Part shown: piece after piece, positions 59,760-64,000 of the stretch
Position numbering within the stretch: the first letter of the stretch is position 1
Layout: the number at the start of each line of letters is the position of its first letter
Assembly (NCBI GenBank): GCA_944392235.1
Contig: CALXVZ010000005.1
Coordinates: 3,903-67,902 of the forward strand
Direction of reading: 5' to 3'
Length of the DNA stretch: 64,000 nucleotides
From: an uncultured Alphaproteobacteria bacterium
GTDB taxonomy: Bacteria > Pseudomonadota > Alphaproteobacteria > RF32 > CAG-239
Translations under genes and position numbers: made by a program
The notes under the pieces: model-generated
Database searches by the model: none
What the model was told of the DNA's origin: nothing
The model's input: only the letters and a program-made list of their open reading frames with translations

Positions 59760-62700
59760 TTGCAAAGAGTAAGATTAAAAATAAAAAATATAACTAAACT
59801 AGTATTGCTTTTAATAATAATAAGCCTAAAAGCGATAGCCGCCGATATTAGTGCTCTTAATTTTAATGGAGATTTAATAGGAAAAGTAATACCGGATGGA
59901 ACAGTCGTAAACGAAAATAATGAAGTTATTGGCTATATGACTGCAGATGGTCTGATTTATGATAATCAGAAAGAATTAATAGGCGGTGTAATTCCGCAAG
60001 GGATGGCTATATCAAATAACAATAAAATACTTGGAAAAATTAATAATGATGGTTCTGTGACATCGATAAATAATGCATTAGTCGGCAAGGTGTTACCCAA
60101 TGGATTAGTTGTAAATGATAGTTATGATGTTCTAGGAGCTGTAATACCAACAGGTCTTGTCTATAATGATTTAGGTTTAGTAGTAGGAAGAGTATCAGGA
60201 GATGGTAAATATTATAATTTAACAGGCGAAAATAATGGCTTTGTAACAGTAAACGGAGATGTTTATGGATATCAAGGTGTAGATGGACAGATAGCATTAA
60301 TAGGAAAATTAATTTCATCAAAGATAGTTCTTTCATCAACAGGAAAATTTATAGGAAGTTTAGCACCTGATGGAAAGGTTATTAATAATCAAAAGAAAAT
60401 GCTAGGTAAAATACATGCAAATGGGTATGTATTTAATGAAGAAGGTAATGCTATAGGAAAAGTAGTAAAAGAAGGATATGCATTCAATAATAATGGAGCT
60501 TATATTGGTATTGTTAGCTATAATGGAGATATCATAAATAAAGGGATAATAATAGCCAAAGCTATTTCTGGAAATAGAGTTATAAATAAGGAAGGTCAGC
60601 GCATTGGTTTTACACTAAGTTCAATGACGACTGCAAATAATTTAAAAGGGGAATATTTAGGAAGACTATCTGCAAAAGGAGAGATTTTAAGAAAAAGAAA
60701 TGTAGTAGGAAAGATTGGAGCGAATGGTAATATTGTAAATGAAAAAGGAGAGTTAATAGGAACTATAAATTATGCAGGACCTATATTTGACTACCTTGGA
60801 AATTTAAAAGCAAATGCGTCAATAAATGGAAAGGTATATTCCTTAGAAGGTATAGAAGTAGGACTAATAAGAGAAAAAGAAGGATTTGATAATGCAGGAA
60901 AAGTTATCGGCTCTTTATTAGATGAAAGTGTATGTTTCAATAACACAAATGAATTTATAGGTATAAGTGGAATAGGAACAAAGCTTGAAAAAAATGGAAA
61001 AATATATAAAATATCACCTAATGGGTATGTTTTTGATGAAAAAGGCACAATTGGCGGTGGAACAGTAAAATTTGGAGAAATATACACAGCAGAAGGCACG
61101 CCACTAACTTACATATCTGATAATGGAAATACAGAAACATCTAGTTTAAATGAAATAGCTAAAATAACAAATGGCGGACTATATATAGATAAAAATAATA
61201 AGTTATTAGGAAAGCAAATACAAGGCAAATATGTTACAAATTTTGCAGGCGAAACGCAAGGATATACAGGAAAATCGAATTTTGTAGTAAATGATGAAAA
61301 CAAAGTATATGGCAAAATACTACCTAATAATGATGTTGTAGGAATATCAGAACGTTTCTCACAAAATTATGGTAAAGCAGATAACAAAAATTTAAGTATA
61401 AGCATAAATGGAGACTATCTAGGTTCAAGCACTCTAGAAGGAAAGATTGTTAATGGGAATGAAATCGTAGGTAAAATAAGCTCTAACGGATATGTTGTAG
61501 ATAATACAGGAGCCCTATACGGAAAAACAGTAAACTATGGTAGTATAATTTCACCAAAATGCGAAGTTTTAGGAGTTGTATCTGATAATGGGGAAGGAAG
61601 GACTTCGCAGGGAGCATATCTGGGAATGATATTGGCAAATAAACAAGTTCTTTCAGACACAGAAACTTTAGTAGGGTATGTGGTAGAGCCACAGGTAATA
61701 AACGGAAAAGAAGGAAAAGTTATTGGAATAAGTAGTCCTATAGGTAATACTCTAACGTATAATAATGAAAATTTAGGATGTATAGATTGGCAGGGTAAAG
61801 TAAGAAACTCACAAGGAGAAATCGTAGGACAAACAATACCATCCATGTCAATAATGGGCTATGATAATAAAATTGTTGGATACACAACTTTTGGTGGAAA
61901 AATTATAGACAATTCTGGATTAGAAATTGGTTATATGGATATCAATGGAGAAATAAAGTCAAAAGACGGAAAAAATATTGGGGTTCCTTTTCTATATACA
62001 GTAGCCTTTGATTTTAATAATACATATCTAGGGCGTATAAACACAGAGGGACAAGTAGTATCGGACCAAGGAGTAATACTCGGAAATACACAGTATAATG
62101 GATTAGTTAAAAGTTCGAACGGAAATATAGGATATGCTTTATATGATTTATATGTATATGATAATGAAGGAAAAACAATAGGATATATATCAAAAAATGG
62201 AAAGGTTTATAGTATTTTAGGAGAAATACAAGGAACAATCTATCAGGGTTTTGTTTTAGATAAGAAACAAAACCTCATAGGAAGAGGATTACGCGATTAT
62301 AATATAAGAGATAAACAATATAATATAATCGGAGAATTGAAATTAGATGGTAGAGTAATAAATATCCAAAATATAGAAGTAGGTAAATTAGGTGAAGATG
62401 GTCAAATATTAAATGCAAGAGGAGAAGTGATAGCAATAGCAGAAAAGTTGCAATACTATCAAAAACCCAAAATTGTAGCACCAAAATCAGAAGTAGAGAT
62501 ACAAGAAAAAAAGAAAGATAATATAACAGATACAGAGATAAGAACTGAAGAAGCTAAAGAAACTAAAGAAACAGAAGAAAACAATACACTTGCTGAAAAA
62601 AAGGAAGAAGTAATAACACCTGCAGAACAAATAAGAGATAGTGAAAAAGTAATAGGAATAGCTGTAACACCGGGTGGACGCTATATTGGAGATATATATA

Positions 62701-64000
62701 GCGACAATAGTGTAATAGATGAAGAAGGAAAAATTATAGGAAAAAAGAATGAAAAAGGAGAGATTATAGATAACAAAGGACAAAATATAGGGATAATTGA
62801 GCAGAAAGAATATCAAACAACCAAAGATATTAATCCTAATAGACGAGCACAAATTTCAGCTGGAACAACAATTGATCCATATAATATAGGTAATTCAATC
62901 ACAAATGTAGGTCCTGGAGGAGGTATAGGTCCAGGAGGAAGATATAATCCACGTCGAGCAGCAATTTTATCGCAATTACAAGAAGAGCGCCGGAGGACAA
63001 TGGTCGCAGCAAAAATAAATCCAGGTTATGATGCGGCATCATACACAGGATGGCAAGACAATTGGGGAATTGGGCGAACCATATCAACATTACGAGTAAA
63101 CATGGATAATATGATAACAGGAGATAAACCAATACCTGCAGTTTTAGCAAGGTCATTAATATCATTAGGAGAAGCCCCTGTTACAGCAATAGTTGAGCGG
63201 AATATCTATGGGGATTCTGGACGTAATGTTATTATACCTGCAGGAAGTAGGATAATCGGGGGGTTACAAGCAGCTGAAGGCCGATCCAGATTTGATGGAA
63301 CGAGTGGTGGTGTAAAAATGGATATAGCCTGGGAAAGGATAATCCGCCCTGATGGAATAGCCTTTTTGTTATCGCCAGGAAGAACAAGAACTGGTGATGC
63401 ACAAGGACGAGGAGGCGGAGCTCTAGGATATGTGGATGAACAGTTGGTGAAAAAATATACACTTCCAATAGTTGGCACAATGGTTGCATCCGCAGTAACA
63501 TATATGATGGCTGCAGATGAAGATAGCACGGGAGAGGTGGAAACATCAAAGCAACAAGCAGCATCAGATGCAAGACAACAATTCATGGAGAAAATGGATC
63601 AAATATTACAAGAAATTATAGATAGTAAGTCGCAAATTGAACCTGTAACATTTATTCCTGCGGGCACAAGGGTAATTATATATCCTATGCAAGATTTATG
63701 GCTGAGAAGTACAAAAGAAATAGAAAAAGGAATAAGCGCTACCGGTATAGATGGAGGAAGAGGTGGCCTAGTTAATGAGACATATTATGGATCTGGCGGT
63801 GGAACAACTACTATCGACGGTAACAATAGTCAAGGCAGTCAAAAGGTTATACTTGGCAACCAAGGGCAAAACACAAATTCAAATGAAGGTGGTGGAACCC
63901 CATTGATAAATGAAGGACCTTCAAATAATCAACCTCAAAAGCCAAATAAAAATATAGGAGCAATTCCTCCTCCAACAGCTGATGGAACGGAGATACAAGA
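59760..64000 (+). CDS. virB10: Giant VirB10/TrbI-family protein (at least 1413 aa, 3' truncated) with about 50 N-terminal 17-aa repeats
   Basis: Manual translation: GGAGG RBS, TTG 59760, no stop to window end. Core at about 63100-63704: MITGDKPIPAVL...VTAIVERNIYG..GRNVIIPAGSRIIG, IAWERIIRPDG, DAQGRGG..GYVD, IEPVTFIPAGTRVIIYPMQDL. Confidence 0.9.
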   Translation, partial: MQRVRLKIKNITKLVLLLIIISLKAIAADISALNFNGDLIGKVIPDGTVVNENNEVIGYMTADGLIYDNQKELIGGVIPQGMAISNNNKILGKINNDGSVTSINNALVGKVLPNGLVVNDSYDVLGAVIPTGLVYNDLGLVVGRVSGDGKYYNLTGENNGFVTVNGDVYGYQGVDGQIALIGKLISSKIVLSSTGKFIGSLAPDGKVINNQKKMLGKIHANGYVFNEEGNAIGKVVKEGYAFNNNGAYIGIVSYNGDIINKGIIIAKAISGNRVINKEGQRIGFTLSSMTTANNLKGEYLGRLSAKGEILRKRNVVGKIGANGNIVNEKGELIGTINYAGPIFDYLGNLKANASINGKVYSLEGIEVGLIREKEGFDNAGKVIGSLLDESVCFNNTNEFIGISGIGTKLEKNGKIYKISPNGYVFDEKGTIGGGTVKFGEIYTAEGTPLTYISDNGNTETSSLNEIAKITNGGLYIDKNNKLLGKQIQGKYVTNFAGETQGYTGKSNFVVNDENKVYGKILPNNDVVGISERFSQNYGKADNKNLSISINGDYLGSSTLEGKIVNGNEIVGKISSNGYVVDNTGALYGKTVNYGSIISPKCEVLGVVSDNGEGRTSQGAYLGMILANKQVLSDTETLVGYVVEPQVINGKEGKVIGISSPIGNTLTYNNENLGCIDWQGKVRNSQGEIVGQTIPSMSIMGYDNKIVGYTTFGGKIIDNSGLEIGYMDINGEIKSKDGKNIGVPFLYTVAFDFNNTYLGRINTEGQVVSDQGVILGNTQYNGLVKSSNGNIGYALYDLYVYDNEGKTIGYISKNGKVYSILGEIQGTIYQGFVLDKKQNLIGRGLRDYNIRDKQYNIIGELKLDGRVINIQNIEVGKLGEDGQILNARGEVIAIAEKLQYYQKPKIVAPKSEVEIQEKKKDNITDTEIRTEEAKETKETEENNTLAEKKEEVITPAEQIRDSEKVIGIAVTPGGRYIGDIYSDNSVIDEEGKIIGKKNEKGEIIDNKGQNIGIIEQKEYQTTKDINPNRRAQISAGTTIDPYNIGNSITNVGPGGGIGPGGRYNPRRAAILSQLQEERRRTMVAAKINPGYDAASYTGWQDNWGIGRTISTLRVNMDNMITGDKPIPAVLARSLISLGEAPVTAIVERNIYGDSGRNVIIPAGSRIIGGLQAAEGRSRFDGTSGGVKMDIAWERIIRPDGIAFLLSPGRTRTGDAQGRGGGALGYVDEQLVKKYTLPIVGTMVASAVTYMMAADEDSTGEVETSKQQAASDARQQFMEKMDQILQEIIDSKSQIEPVTFIPAGTRVIIYPMQDLWLRSTKEIEKGISATGIDGGRGGLVNETYYGSGGGTTTIDGNNSQGSQKVILGNQGQNTNSNEGGGTPLINEGPSNNQPQKPNKNIGAIPPPTADGTEIQ
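59840..62450 (+). repeat. 17-aa coding repeats within virB10
   Basis: SALNFNGDLIGKVIPDG TVVNENNEVIGYMTADG LIYDNQKELIGGVIPQG MAISNNNKILGKINNDG..., the same unit as the upstream giant protein but more divergent. Confidence 0.8.

Noticed and set aside
59750-59765. Frameshift or pseudogene splitting one giant virB10
   Set aside because: The downstream ORF has its own GGAGG RBS, TTG start and signal-peptide-like N-terminus, and the upstream ORF ends cleanly. Two genes are more likely, though read-level checking is still advisable.
54140-62450. CRISPR array or DNA-level tandem repeat
   Set aside because: The repeats are degenerate, conserved at the amino-acid level within open reading frames, and have no identical direct repeats with unique spacers.
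195-63586. Numerous short antisense or alternative-frame ORFs in the ORF track (e.g. 760..1344, 8549..9064, 55825..56475, 63206..63586)
   Set aside because: They overlap well-supported genes on the opposite strand or another frame and show no recognisable motifs; they are shadow ORFs.

Overview
AT-rich (roughly 30% GC by eye) alphaproteobacterial chromosomal segment. The lineage call rests on AddAB-trxA, an F0-only atpI-B-E-F'-F operon and the aroK/small ORF/xerD layout; it is possibly a reduced, host-associated lineage. Positions 1-23 kb are housekeeping: tsaD, nth, two GT-C-like membrane glycosyltransferases, uvrC, pgsA, OmpR/EnvZ pair, trxA, addAB, rdgB, rph, aroK, xerD, DUF721, DsbA and the F0 operon. 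Positions 23-64 kb hold one large envelope-machine locus. It starts with a PilT/DotB/TraJ-like ATPase translationally coupled to atpF. An R64-type type IVb pilus operon follows on the minus strand (pilL/TcpQ-N-O-P-Q-R-S-like). Divergently transcribed from it is a highly modified VirB-type T4SS: 3x virB2, virB3, virB4, five secreted VirB5/TrbJ-like proteins up to 1798 aa, virB8-virB7-virB8 (Rickettsiales-like order), a VirB9-SPOR fusion, a 2091-aa membrane-anchored 17-aa-repeat protein, and a >1400-aa repeat-bearing VirB10. The VirB10 starts at TTG 59760, runs off the window and is missing from the ORF track. Two perfect CtrA-type boxes lie in the pil/virB promoter regions. No relaxase, VirD4, VirB11, VirB6, integrase, tRNA, rRNA or CRISPR array is visible. 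All family calls come from motif recognition by eye, with no database searches.
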